This document shows, in pieces, positions 1 to 11,056 of a stretch of 64,000 nucleotides of DNA (positions are counted from its first letter, which is position 1; the number at the start of each line of letters is the position of its first letter). Source of the stretch: Candidatus Omnitrophota bacterium (GTDB lineage: Bacteria; Omnitrophota; Gorgyraeia; Zapsychrales; Fredricksoniimonadaceae). The notes under the pieces were generated by a model that saw only the letters and a program-made list of their open reading frames with translations, had not been told where the DNA came from and searched no databases. The stretch lies in the NCBI GenBank assembly GCA_903836515.1, contig CAILQW010000012.1, forward strand, positions 1,792-65,791, in the 5' to 3' direction. Position numbers and translations under genes: made by a program.

Positions 1-963
1 CACCTCGATCATGGCCCCGGCGGCAAGGTTGTGGCCGCGCAATCCTTTGTCCGACTTTAACAGGGCCACAGAAAGCTTTTCGTCATGCGCGGCATCCCGC
101 CCGCGCGGGCAGACACCCGATATGGTCCGGCTCTCGACACGAAGCCCCCGGCGTGAATAAAGCGGCTCGGGAGACACCCCGAAGAACGCATCTTCCCCCG
201 CCGCAAAAAGAAAACCGAAATCGTTCTTTTGCCGTGCCAGCAGCATTTCCAGAAACTGTTCGGGAGCGACGACACCTCCCAATTCAAGGGTCATGCGCCG
301 TGCCAGGACTATTTTCTGGAATTCGCCCCGTTCCAGACACGCGAGGGCCTCTTGCGCACAGCTGATCCAATCTTCATGGTCCGGAACATCTTCCCGGGCC
401 ACAGGCAGTATATCTTCCGTAGTCACCTCGTCAAAAAAGCGGACTTGCTCCAGATCGGCCCTGCCGCAAGAACCAGCCGACGCATCATCATGGCCCCGGA
501 CCACATTGACCGCCAGGAAAACCCCATCGGTATCACGAAAAACTTCCACCGCCGGCAGGATGAACCGCATGGCCGGAAATCCCTTCCATTCCACGGCACT
601 CACCGCGCGATTAAAGCTCATGCCCGCAAAGACCCTGGCCTGGGGACAAGCTGCCGTGATCTCCTGTACCTGGGCGAATATTTCATCCAGCGCGTACCAT
701 CCGTCGGAAGAAATTTCAAAGGCAGCCCCGATACCAGCCACAGCAAGATTGCCTTCCGGCGAGCGCCAATACACCTTGCGCGCATGCTTCTGGCAGGCAA
801 GCCAACGCACCGGATCAATATCCATGAGAGGCACCTTCAACCGTACCACGACCGGAGAACGGTCAGAAGCGGACAGACCGGCTAGCGCGCCCTGCAATTG
901 ATGCAGCAGGATCTTTTTACCCTCTTCCAGCCCGTAACGCAGGGCATCACCTTGTTGCGGCAT
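1..963 (-). CDS. menF: Isochorismate synthase (menaquinone-specific), C-terminally truncated by the window edge. The ATG at 961-963 overlaps the ubiE stop by 17 nt
   Basis: Manual minus-strand translation gives [23 protein letters not shown]...VYWRSPEGNLAVAGIGAAF...FFGVSPEPL, the chorismate-binding fold. The frame stays open to position 1 and is absent from the ORF track because it has no stop. It sits next to ubiE/menG. Confidence 0.6.
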   Translation of the reverse strand, partial: MPQQGDALRYGLEEGKKILLHQLQGALAGLSASDRSPVVVRLKVPLMDIDPVRWLACQKHARKVYWRSPEGNLAVAGIGAAFEISSDGWYALDEIFAQVQEITAACPQARVFAGMSFNRAVSAVEWKGFPAMRFILPAVEVFRDTDGVFLAVNVVRGHDDASAGSCGRADLEQVRFFDEVTTEDILPVAREDVPDHEDWISCAQEALACLERGEFQKIVLARRMTLELGGVVAPEQFLEMLLARQKNDFGFLFAAGEDAFFGVSPEPLYSRRGLRVESRTISGVCPRGRDAAHDEKLSVALLKSDKGLRGHNLAAGAMIEV

Positions 964-1627
964 AAATCGTCACAGCTCCCATGGCCAGTTCACAACGCAT
1001 AACAGCTGAAAACCCTGCCTGACGGATAATGCGCATGAAACGCTCACCTGAAGGAAAGCTACGCACGGTCCTGGACAAATACATATAAGGTTCTTTCCTG
1101 CCGGTCAGGCACCATCCCACCCAGGGGACAACGCTTCCCATATAAAATGCATGCCCCATCTTCTGCCACCATCCTAAAGGCGTTGAGAATTCAAGGATGA
1201 TCAGCCGCCCGCCCGGCCTGAGAACCCTAAAGGCCTCCGCAAGCCCCTTCATCAGGTCGGGAAAATTCCGCACGCCAAAAGCCACGCTGACCGCGTCAAA
1301 TCGCTGGTCCTTAAACTGAAGGGCCATCGCATCGCCGGACACAAGCGAAACCCTGGCGGCAAGGCCGTCCCGTTCAATCTTCCGCCGGCCGATAGCGAGC
1401 ATACTTTCGGCCGTATCTACCCCTGTCACCGTGGCCACACGCCCCACACGCCCCAGGACAAGAGCAGCCTCCGCCGTCCCTGCAGCCAGATCAAGGACCT
1501 GCAGCCCGTCGCCGGGCGGCAGGAAGCGCGGGATCATCCGGCGCCATCCGTCATCCATGCCCAGCGATAAGATGTGGTTCACACGGTCATAGGTTGGCGC
1601 AATGGCATCGAAAATCTCAATGGTCAT
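947..1627 (-). CDS. ubiE: Demethylmenaquinone/ubiquinone C-methyltransferase (class I SAM-dependent methyltransferase)
   Basis: [19 protein letters not shown] motif, [12 protein letters not shown], UbiE/COQ5-family length; adjacent to menF. Confidence 0.8.
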   Translation of the reverse strand: MTIEIFDAIAPTYDRVNHILSLGMDDGWRRMIPRFLPPGDGLQVLDLAAGTAEAALVLGRVGRVATVTGVDTAESMLAIGRRKIERDGLAARVSLVSGDAMALQFKDQRFDAVSVAFGVRNFPDLMKGLAEAFRVLRPGGRLIILEFSTPLGWWQKMGHAFYMGSVVPWVGWCLTGRKEPYMYLSRTVRSFPSGERFMRIIRQAGFSAVMRCELAMGAVTIYAATR

Positions 1628-2555
1628 TCAAAAACCTCTCGGCATCAAGCGCGGCCATGCACCCTGACCCGGCGGCCACTACCGCCTGCCGGTATTTCCT
1701 GTCCTGGACATCACCGCAGGCAAAAACACCCGCGACACTTGCCTGGGTGGTGCCGGGAACCGTCCTGATATAACCGGCATCGTCAAGATCCAGCTGGCCT
1801 CCCAGAAAAACCGTGTTGGGGGCATGTCCGATCGCGTAAAAAAGCCCGCTGCAAGCCAGCTCGGCGGATGACTGGGTTTTTACGTCCTTCACCCGCAGCC
1901 CTGCCAGAAATTTATCCCCGTAGGCCTCAACAGGGAGCGTGTTCCACATGATCTCGATGCGGGGATTCGCGCGGACACGATCCTGCATGGCCTTCGACGC
2001 GCGCAATTCGTCCCGGCGGTGCATGAGGATGACCTTGGCCGCATACTTGGACAGATGACACGCCTCCTCAATGGCCGAATCACCCCCGCCGACCACAACT
2101 AGCACCTTCCCGCGGAAAAGAGGCAGCGCCCCGTCACACACGGCGCACGCGGAAATGCCGCGCTGCCAGAACTTGTCCTCGCCGGCAATATGCATGCGCC
2201 TGGCTGTCGCACCGCTGGCGACAATGAGCACCCGCGCTTCCATTTCGCCCCCCGCCTCCGTCACAACCCTGAAAGGACGCCGAGAAAGATCCACGCGCAG
2301 CACCGTCTCGGTTGCCATGCGCGCCCCGTGCTTCAGGGACTGCTCCCGCATGCGTTCCATGAGAAGGGGGCCGGATATACCTTCCGGGAACCCTGGAAAG
2401 TTCTCGATCTCTGTTGTGGTCGTCAACTGCCCCCCCGGCGCAATCCCGCCGGCCATCATCCCTTCAAACATCAATGGCTTGAGACTGGCACGCGCCGTGT
2501 AAATCGCGGCGGTATGCCCTGCCGGTCCTGACCCTATGATAATGACATTCTCCAT
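1617..2555 (-). CDS. trxB: Thioredoxin-disulfide reductase
   Basis: [15 protein letters not shown] motif, CAVCDG redox-active pair, [18 protein letters not shown] motif. Confidence 0.9.
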   Translation of the reverse strand: MENVIIIGSGPAGHTAAIYTARASLKPLMFEGMMAGGIAPGGQLTTTTEIENFPGFPEGISGPLLMERMREQSLKHGARMATETVLRVDLSRRPFRVVTEAGGEMEARVLIVASGATARRMHIAGEDKFWQRGISACAVCDGALPLFRGKVLVVVGGGDSAIEEACHLSKYAAKVILMHRRDELRASKAMQDRVRANPRIEIMWNTLPVEAYGDKFLAGLRVKDVKTQSSAELACSGLFYAIGHAPNTVFLGGQLDLDDAGYIRTVPGTTQASVAGVFACGDVQDRKYRQAVVAAGSGCMAALDAERFLNDH

Positions 2556-3638
2556 TTATACCCTCCCCTGAAATGGCCGCAATTCGCTTAAACCCTTTAT
2601 CCCTTCCGCGGTGCCACAGGCCCCCTCCTGCGTCCGGGCAAGTAATGCCGCCAAAGGAACATCGGAAGTGATGGTAAATCCCATATCGCTGATCATCTGC
2701 AGGGTCCTTGTGTCCGCTGCCCCCCGGGCATTGAGGTACCCCTGTAAAAAAAGCGAATTGGCCGCATACAAGCCCAGCGGCTCGAGTGAACGCAAATGCA
2801 TCTCGCGGCCCGCGGCCATCCTGATCTCGGCGGCCGGATTCAGGAGGCGAAAAAGGCACAGCACCCGCAGGCAGTAAGCCGGCGTCAAGCCCACGGCTTC
2901 CTTGATGGCAATGCCAGGCACCGGGATCAGGAAATTGACCGGAATGGACTCCGCCCCGATATCCCGCAAAGACCTGGCCATGCCATAAACATCCTTCGGC
3001 CCCTCGCCCATGCCGATGATGACACCGGAACAAACCGCGAGGCCCGCCGCATGCGCGGCCTGCAGGGTCCCCAGACGCTGGGCATACGTATGGCTCGTGC
3101 AGATATGCCGGTAATACTTCTCGGATGTATTGATATTATGGTTCAAACGATCGAGGCCGGCGGCTTTCAACCGGCGGGCCTGGTCGGTATTGATCACCCC
3201 CGGCGACACACACACCTCGATCTTATGGCGGCGCTTGATCTCGCTGATGATCCGGGACAAATGCTCGACGCGGTCATCCGACGGCCCGGTACCCGCAAAA
3301 ACCATGCAGTAGCGTCCTGCGCCGGCCGCATGAGCCGCGGCCGCTTCCGCCAGGATCTCCTCGTCGGATTTCATGGCGTAGGCTTCAATGGGCGCCGTGG
3401 ATGACGCCGACTGGGCGCAGTAGCGGCAGTCTTCCGGGCACATCCCGTTCTGGACATTGTTGAGGATATGCACCGTCACGGACCTGCCAAAATACTCCCG
3501 GCGGAAACGATACGCCACCGCCAGGAGCTCCAAGGTGTCCAGCTGGCCCATATCCAGGATGCGCCGCCCATCCTCGACCGGCAGGATTTCCGAGTGCGCC
3601 ACCCGGTCAAAAAGAGTAGAATAATACTGGTCTTTCAT
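2556..3638 (-). CDS. bioB: Biotin synthase (radical SAM)
   Basis: CPEDCRYCAQS matches E. coli CPEDCKYCPQS; LNHNINTS matches YNHNLDT; ~360 aa. Confidence 0.9.
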   Translation of the reverse strand: MKDQYYSTLFDRVAHSEILPVEDGRRILDMGQLDTLELLAVAYRFRREYFGRSVTVHILNNVQNGMCPEDCRYCAQSASSTAPIEAYAMKSDEEILAEAAAAHAAGAGRYCMVFAGTGPSDDRVEHLSRIISEIKRRHKIEVCVSPGVINTDQARRLKAAGLDRLNHNINTSEKYYRHICTSHTYAQRLGTLQAAHAAGLAVCSGVIIGMGEGPKDVYGMARSLRDIGAESIPVNFLIPVPGIAIKEAVGLTPAYCLRVLCLFRLLNPAAEIRMAAGREMHLRSLEPLGLYAANSLFLQGYLNARGAADTRTLQMISDMGFTITSDVPLAALLARTQEGACGTAEGIKGLSELRPFQGRV

Positions 3639-3720
3639 TGCCGCCCATTTTATCAGAAAGTCAGGAAAAATGCCTTGCTTTTCATCTTCTTTCCTTTATA
3701 GTGAGGCTTAACGAAAATAT

Positions 3721-5502
3721 ATGCCCAGCGCACACACATTCCATATCCCTGTCATGGGAACCTGTTTTACCATCGACTCACCGATCCGCGTGGCGCGTTA
3801 CGGGATAGCTTCGGTCATCTCCCTGGTGGACGACAACCTCATCGAGGATGTCCGCAAGTTTTACGCGGCCCGTTACAACGAGCCTTTCACACCCATCCAG
3901 AAATTCGACGACGACTGGCGCGCGCGCCGCATCAGCGCATACCTTAACCTTGTCAACCGCATCGTCGAAAAACAGATCGATGAAGTGCGCTCGTGCGCGT
4001 TCAACCCCGGCTCGGAGATCACCAAGTATTTTGATTTCCTGCCCGAAGGCTCTCTGTCCAAGAACATGTACAAGCGCATGCTCGCAGCCAAAGATCCGGC
4101 AATACGCGCCGCACTGCAGCAAGAGCTGCGCACGCACGTCAAGCCGGGACGCATTGACGTGAACATCATGACCAAACTGGACAAGCCTAATGTGGACCGT
4201 AACGGGAACCCACTCCCCGAACAATTTTCCGACGCCCTGGCGGCTCTGCGGGGATTTGCCCAGAGCACCATCAACGGCGCCATTGAGCTCTCCGCGGGAT
4301 TCAACCGCCGCCTTTATACCTATATCGAAGAATTCGCCGATTTCTACGCCGATACGACCGGCCACTTTAAAAAAGAGATCATCCTCAAGGTCAGCGATTA
4401 CCGTTCCGCCATCACCCAGGGAAAATTCCTCGCGAAAAAAGGCCTGTGGGTGTCGGAATTCCGCGTGGAATCAGGGCTCAATTGCGGCGGCCATGCCTTC
4501 GCCGGATCGGGCAACCTCATGGGGCCTGTCCTGGAAGAATTCAAACAAAAACGTCAGGAACTTATTGGACAGCTCAGCGAATTCTACCGCGAAGCGCTCA
4601 AACTGAAAGACAAGATCGTCCCGGCAGCACAGCCGGTGTTCCGCCTTACGGCGCAAGGCGGCATCGGTACGGCCAGCGAAGACCTTTTCCTCAAACGTTA
4701 TTACGGTGTCGTATCAACCGGATGGGGATCCCCGTTCCTCCTCGTCCCCGAAGCCGTGCAGATCGACAAGGAAACCCTTGAAAAACTTGCAGCTGCAGGA
4801 GAGAACGATATTTTCCTGAGCGATGTCTCCCCGCTCAATGTGGCCTTCAATAACTTGAGAAACTCCCTGAGCGAACTGAAGAAATGCCAGCTCATCACTG
4901 ACGGCACCCCCGGAAGCCCGTGCGTGCTGGGGCATCTGGCAACCAACACGGAATTCACCAAGAACCCCGTATGCACTGCCTCGCGCACCTACCAGAAACT
5001 GAAACTGGAAGCGCTCAAGGCCATGGGCCTGCCCCGGGAAGAATATGAAAAACAGGCGGACATGGTCACGGCCAAGGCCTGTATCTGCGCCCAGCTCGGC
5101 GACGGTTTTTATAAAAATACGGATCAGGACAAAAGGATCGGTACTTTCCCTGCCGTCTGCCCCGGGCCCAACATCGCCTACTTTAACCGCGCCGCGAGCC
5201 TCAAAGAGATGATCGACCATATTTACGGCCGGGGCAATATCATGCCCTTCCCTAACCGCCCCCATATGTTCATCCGGGAACTAAAATTGAATCTCGACCA
5301 GTTCGCCAGGCTCTGCACCGATAAAAAACCCGAAACCCCGGGACGCAAGGACACATCACTGGATGAATTCCGGCAGAATCTTGAGGAAGGAATCAACTAT
5401 TACCGCAGCCTGGCGCCCCTGATCATCGAAGAGACCGAGACGGCGCGCGCCAAAATGATGCATGAACTCGACACCTGCAGCAAACGCCTCGCCGCGCTAT
5501 AA
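3721..5502 (+). CDS. Hypothetical 593 aa protein with NMO/FabK-like TIM-barrel FMN-oxidoreductase motifs (long form, possibly PfaD-like)
   Basis: IPVMGTCFT resembles the PIFQGGMAWV motif; VESGLNCGGHAFAG resembles AEGMEAGGHIG; RLTAQGGIGTASEDLFLKRYYGVVSTGWGSPF resembles VIAAGGIADG...GAEAVQVGTRF. It is much longer than FabK/NMO and is divergently transcribed from bioB. Confidence 0.45.
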   Translation: MPSAHTFHIPVMGTCFTIDSPIRVARYGIASVISLVDDNLIEDVRKFYAARYNEPFTPIQKFDDDWRARRISAYLNLVNRIVEKQIDEVRSCAFNPGSEITKYFDFLPEGSLSKNMYKRMLAAKDPAIRAALQQELRTHVKPGRIDVNIMTKLDKPNVDRNGNPLPEQFSDALAALRGFAQSTINGAIELSAGFNRRLYTYIEEFADFYADTTGHFKKEIILKVSDYRSAITQGKFLAKKGLWVSEFRVESGLNCGGHAFAGSGNLMGPVLEEFKQKRQELIGQLSEFYREALKLKDKIVPAAQPVFRLTAQGGIGTASEDLFLKRYYGVVSTGWGSPFLLVPEAVQIDKETLEKLAAAGENDIFLSDVSPLNVAFNNLRNSLSELKKCQLITDGTPGSPCVLGHLATNTEFTKNPVCTASRTYQKLKLEALKAMGLPREEYEKQADMVTAKACICAQLGDGFYKNTDQDKRIGTFPAVCPGPNIAYFNRAASLKEMIDHIYGRGNIMPFPNRPHMFIRELKLNLDQFARLCTDKKPETPGRKDTSLDEFRQNLEEGINYYRSLAPLIIEETETARAKMMHELDTCSKRLAAL

Positions 5503-5800
5503 ACCCAAATTTTGCAGTAGCACCACTTTGTCGACGAGTTCATGTGCACAAAGGTGCGGATGCAAAATCGTCGGCTTCCATATTTTTTATCGTCCAGAAA
5601 AGCCGGGATTATCCCGCGCTCCTCTGTTCCTATGGCAAAATGCGGGATAAACCCAGATTTTGCAGTAGCATCATTTTATCGACGAGTCCCTGCGCACAAA
5701 ATGATGCGGATGCAAAATCGTCGGCTTCCATATCTTTTCTCGTCCAGAAAAGCCGGGGTTATCCCGTGTTCATCTGCTCCTATGGAGAAATGCGGGATAA
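5503..5800. repeat. Two tandem copies (~148 and ~150 bp, roughly 85% identical) of a structured intergenic repeat
   Basis: Unit 1 is 5503-5650 and unit 2 is 5651-5800. Each unit has an internal hairpin ttatcccgc..(24 nt)..gcgggataa (5609-5617/5642-5650 in unit 1). The unit-2 copy has a G-U-compatible change. tgcaaaatc (5561-5569) is complementary to gattttgca at the start of the next unit (5656-5664). Confidence 0.8.
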
Positions 5801-5810
5801 ATATCCAGCC

Positions 5811-6278
5811 TTATTTCTTCTTTAACGCCTCAATCTCAGCCTTGATCTTGTCAACCTCATTCCAAAGCCTTGCCAGCTCACGGCTGGTCTGATCAGAAGC
5901 CACCGCCCCCTGCACCACAGCGCCCGGCCCCTCCGCAGGCTTGGGAAGTATTCTGGGAGTAATTACCCCCTTGGGAAAGGTCACCTGGCTCGCGACAGCC
6001 TTCTGATCAGCCTCATTTAACAGATATTCAAATGTAATAAAATCCCCGGCCTTCAGCTCTTCCATCACTTTAATACCCGATAAAGGGATACCGGCAGGCA
6101 CCGACAAGCTTATGTACTTGATAACCCGGCCAGACCTATTCTGACACTTTACATATAGCTGGTCCTTGTCGATCTTCTCAATATTCCCCCAATCCTGGAA
6201 ATCTGCCCGCGCCTGGCCAGAACCCGTCAGGACCATCAAAGAAATGAATAATAAGGACAGGAATAAACGCCTTAACAT
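5811..6278 (-). CDS. Hypothetical secreted protein (signal peptide, C-terminal amphipathic/coiled-coil tail)
   Basis: ATG at 6278 is preceded by GAGGAG. The N-terminus MLRRLFLSLLFISLMVLTGSGQARA is a signal peptide. The ORF-track N-terminal extension runs in from the upstream gene and was trimmed. Confidence 0.5.
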   Translation of the reverse strand: MLRRLFLSLLFISLMVLTGSGQARADFQDWGNIEKIDKDQLYVKCQNRSGRVIKYISLSVPAGIPLSGIKVMEELKAGDFITFEYLLNEADQKAVASQVTFPKGVITPRILPKPAEGPGAVVQGAVASDQTSRELARLWNEVDKIKAEIEALKKK

Positions 6279-6309
6279 ATTGACTCCTCGTTGGCTAACA
6301 GAACACATC

Positions 6310-6825
6310 TCATCGCCCGCAAACAGCAACAACTTCCTGTGTTTGACTGGGATCAGAACAAACAGGGAAACTGAAATAACCCGTACAAGCATTGGCCGTT
6401 GTGTCAGGAATTATCTTATACGCACCAGAAACCTTAAAGAAACCAAAGTCTATCATCAGCCCCGCCATCGACCCGCCGGCACAGCTTAGCAATTTATACC
6501 CCGGCGCACAAGATGCCGTCAAGGTGAAATCCGTATTGCCGCAAGCAGCCTCATTAACGGTCACTATCTCGGAAATGCCGGCGACGGTTGACAGGCATTT
6601 CCCCCCGCCCGCTTCCGTGCAAATATCGCCTGTGGCATGGATGTTGCCATTCACATCAAGCTTTTGGGAAGGCGCACTGGTCCCCACGCCGACATTCCCG
6701 GACACATGAAGATTAGCATAATCACCGGAAGGCGACGGGTAATACGTGGTGAGTGTCACACTATCCGCGCGTACCGGCGCCACAAGCATGACCACCCATA
6801 GTATGATTGATAAAAAAATACGCAT
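6310..6825 (-). CDS. Hypothetical secreted cysteine-rich protein (9 Cys) with an N-terminal GNVGVGTSAPSQKLDVNGN motif
   Basis: ATG at 6825 with a GGAAG RBS; signal peptide MRIFLSIILWVVMLVAPVRA; probably co-transcribed with 5811..6278. Confidence 0.5.
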   Translation of the reverse strand: MRIFLSIILWVVMLVAPVRADSVTLTTYYPSPSGDYANLHVSGNVGVGTSAPSQKLDVNGNIHATGDICTEAGGGKCLSTVAGISEIVTVNEAACGNTDFTLTASCAPGYKLLSCAGGSMAGLMIDFGFFKVSGAYKIIPDTTANACTGYFSFPVCSDPSQTQEVVAVCGR

Positions 6826-6893
6826 AGAACACTTCCTTTCAATCAAACTATATATCCGGCAGCACACTTTAACAAGGGGAATAAAATAATTAA

Positions 6894-8561
<1,668 letters not shown>

Positions 8562-9494
8562 TCACAAAGCGGCCAAGTCCTCACGGCGTTCCTTGAGGAT
8601 CTCAAAATAATCGAGCTCCATCTGGATCATGTCTTCATCGTTCTTGCGCAGCCATTCGGAAAGCCATGCAAAACGCAGCCCGATCATAAGGTCCGGCAGG
8701 ACACGAAAACTTTCCGCCGCAAAAAGCCCTGACCCTTTTAACGTCCCGATAAAATCCCGCACATAATCGCCTTCAAGCGCCGCAGGATCCTCGATCCCCA
8801 GGCAGGCGAGCATGTTGGCCGCATCGTATAATTCCGGTTTAACCCCCAGGAACTCCCAGTCGATGACCGCATGGATCGTCGCGGCCCCCCAGATGATATT
8901 GACCGCATGATAATCGCCATGGCAAAACCCCGTCGGCAACCGGGAATAAAGAGGATACAGCGCCGCGTCGACATGCCGTTTCATGGGCATGAATGCCGCC
9001 TCGACATCACTCCTGCGGCGCCTGATGGCACGCCACAGTCCGTCAATATAAGCCGGCAGGTCGAAGCTCGGCCGTCTCAGACCCGGGCTCTGCGCCGCTG
9101 CCTTCCTCATCGCCACAAGAAACCGGGCCGCTGCGGCCCCGCGCCAGCCCTCAAAGGCATACGCCGGACGGTCAAGCGGCACCCCGCTCACATACGGCAC
9201 TGCCTGCCAGTACTGACCTTGCACCAGGGCGAGGGTTTCACCGGACCCATCCGTCAAAAAAGGAACGACTTGCTGAATCCCTCCGGCACTCAGGCATGCG
9301 AGAACCTGCGCCACATCCTTTTTGTGCCCGGCCCGGCCTGCATTGACCTGTTCAAGGATGATCAGCCTGCCGTTAAAATCTTCCACCACCAGGCGGAACT
9401 CCGTACGTTCCGGACTTCCGGCAATGGGAATGTCGGGACGGGGATGGACATCCCCCAGACGAAAATGCCCGGCTACAGCAAGGATATCAATCAT
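8562..9494 (-). CDS. APH-family phosphotransferase (ePK-like kinase fold; thiamine kinase/homoserine kinase II-like)
   Basis: CHGDYHAVNIIW catalytic loop and IDWEF motif. The ATG at 9494 overlaps the upstream stop (ATGA). It lies immediately upstream of thiC. Confidence 0.7.
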   Translation of the reverse strand: MIDILAVAGHFRLGDVHPRPDIPIAGSPERTEFRLVVEDFNGRLIILEQVNAGRAGHKKDVAQVLACLSAGGIQQVVPFLTDGSGETLALVQGQYWQAVPYVSGVPLDRPAYAFEGWRGAAAARFLVAMRKAAAQSPGLRRPSFDLPAYIDGLWRAIRRRRSDVEAAFMPMKRHVDAALYPLYSRLPTGFCHGDYHAVNIIWGAATIHAVIDWEFLGVKPELYDAANMLACLGIEDPAALEGDYVRDFIGTLKGSGLFAAESFRVLPDLMIGLRFAWLSEWLRKNDEDMIQMELDYFEILKERREDLAAL

Positions 9495-10423
9495 ATCTTT
9501 CTCAATTTCGCGACAAAAAATCCTGTAAAACCATCCTGCGGCCTGACCCGCAGGCATCCAGCCATCGGGGAAGAAAAGACATCCCGCCCCCAGCGCTCCA
9601 GACAAGGCAACCGCGGGACTCCAGGAATCCCGGCATCCTCCATCACAAATGCACCCGCGCTCTTTTTAAGAAACCAGTCCACCACCTCTTCGTTCTCCTC
9701 AGGCGCAAAGGTGCACGTGGCGTAAACCAGACACCCCCCCGGCTTCAAAAGACGCGCCGCGCTCATCAGTATCCCTTTTTGCTTGTAACTCATTTCCTTG
9801 ATCTTGCGCGGGCTCCAGTACGCATGGCTATCGGGTTCATCGGCGCGAAAACGCCCCTCCGAACTGCAGGGCGCATCGACCAGGACCCGATCAAAAAGAC
9901 CGCCATCAGGCAGGCGCAGGCGGCGGACATCGCACAATTTGCACACCACCGATACCGCCCCCAACAGCGAACACACCGATCTTAAGCGAAAAAAGCGCGC
10001 TTTGACAGCCTCGACCGCCACCACCTCACCCTCGTTAAGCATCATGCCTGCCATCTGGGTGGCCTTGCTGCCGGGCGCTGCACAGGCATCGAGCACCCGA
10101 TCCCCGGGAAGAACCCCCAGAAGGACTGCCGGGATCATGCTGGAAAGGCTTTGACGATAAATGCGCCCTTGGTCAAACAAAGGATGGCGCACCATCAAAG
10201 GAACCGACGCCGCGCCGACCAGGTAAGCGTGCAGGCACCACGGCACAGGGCTCAGACTGACACCCTGGGCATGAAGCTGCGTGACAATCTCGCAGGGGTC
10301 GCCCTTTAAAGGATTGATACGGAAGGCAAAACTTTCGTCTGTGGAAAAAGATTGGACAATAGCGGAATAATCATCGGCGCCTGCGATCATCTGCAGCCGT
10401 TCAAGGAATGCGGAGGGGATCAA
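9491..10423 (-). CDS. rRNA (cytosine-C5) methyltransferase, RsmB/RsmF (NOL1/NOP2/Sun) family
   Basis: DACAAPGSKAT SAM motif, DAPCSSEG and ATCTF catalytic Cys motifs. Confidence 0.8.
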   Translation of the reverse strand: MIPSAFLERLQMIAGADDYSAIVQSFSTDESFAFRINPLKGDPCEIVTQLHAQGVSLSPVPWCLHAYLVGAASVPLMVRHPLFDQGRIYRQSLSSMIPAVLLGVLPGDRVLDACAAPGSKATQMAGMMLNEGEVVAVEAVKARFFRLRSVCSLLGAVSVVCKLCDVRRLRLPDGGLFDRVLVDAPCSSEGRFRADEPDSHAYWSPRKIKEMSYKQKGILMSAARLLKPGGCLVYATCTFAPEENEEVVDWFLKKSAGAFVMEDAGIPGVPRLPCLERWGRDVFSSPMAGCLRVRPQDGFTGFFVAKLRKI

Positions 10424-10995
10424 GCGGCCAGGATCGCTTTCGCTTTTTCAATAAGGTCGGCGGAATTAAACGGCTTATCAAAACAACATTCAACCCCGAT
10501 CTCGCGCAGACGCTCCTTATCCGTATCCTCGAAGTAAGCTGACACACCGATGATCCTGGTGTGTTCACAATTGGCGGAACGCTTGATCTTCTGGGCCACC
10601 TCATAGCCGTTGATGCCCGGCATCTTCATGTCAAGGATCACCAGATCGGGCTTGAAGAGCAAAAGTTTTATCCCCGCTTCAAAACCGTCATACGCCACCT
10701 CGATCTCGAAATTCGGCTCCCTCTTGAACAAGCGCCGCACCGAGCTGACCATGTTGGTGTCATCATCGACAATCAACACCTTGCGCGCATTCCCGCGTCC
10801 AGAGAGGGTGTCCGGTATGGGCATATTATACTGCTTGAGAAAACCGATAAAATCATCAACCTTGATGCGGCTGTGATTCCCGGGAGTGCGGTAAGCTTTC
10901 AGCTTGCCATCGTGGATCCACTGCAGCACGGTCCTCAAATGGACATGACACACATCGGCAATTTCACCTGTTGTAAGAGGTCTTTCATTAGGCAT
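10420..10995 (-). CDS. Response regulator: N-terminal MerR/excisionase-type HTH plus C-terminal CheY-like receiver
   Basis: GEIADVCHVHLRTVLQWI HTH; receiver VLIVDDD...DLVILDMKMPGINGYE...GVSAY...KP. Confidence 0.8.
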   Translation of the reverse strand: MPNERPLTTGEIADVCHVHLRTVLQWIHDGKLKAYRTPGNHSRIKVDDFIGFLKQYNMPIPDTLSGRGNARKVLIVDDDTNMVSSVRRLFKREPNFEIEVAYDGFEAGIKLLLFKPDLVILDMKMPGINGYEVAQKIKRSANCEHTRIIGVSAYFEDTDKERLREIGVECCFDKPFNSADLIEKAKAILAA

Positions 10996-11056
10996 AGGGC
11001 GTATTCCTGTTTCTCCAATTTTTCCAGTATTAAAATACCCCTAAAAAGCGCCCGTG

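Noticed and set aside
229-901. Plus-strand ORFs 229..885 and 293..901 (218 and 202 aa)
   Set aside because: They are antisense to the minus-strand menF coding frame, which has strong homology, have high-GC alternative-frame composition, and show no homology.
5503-5800. CRISPR array
   Set aside because: Only two long (148 bp) near-identical units with no short repeat-spacer periodicity and no cas genes in the window.
5542-5892. ORFs through the tandem repeat that produce repeated peptide segments (RMQNRRLPYFLSSRKAG...)
   Set aside because: Substitutions between repeat units are almost all non-synonymous in that frame (1 of 9 synonymous), and the other strand frameshifts. The RNA-structure compensations are a better explanation.
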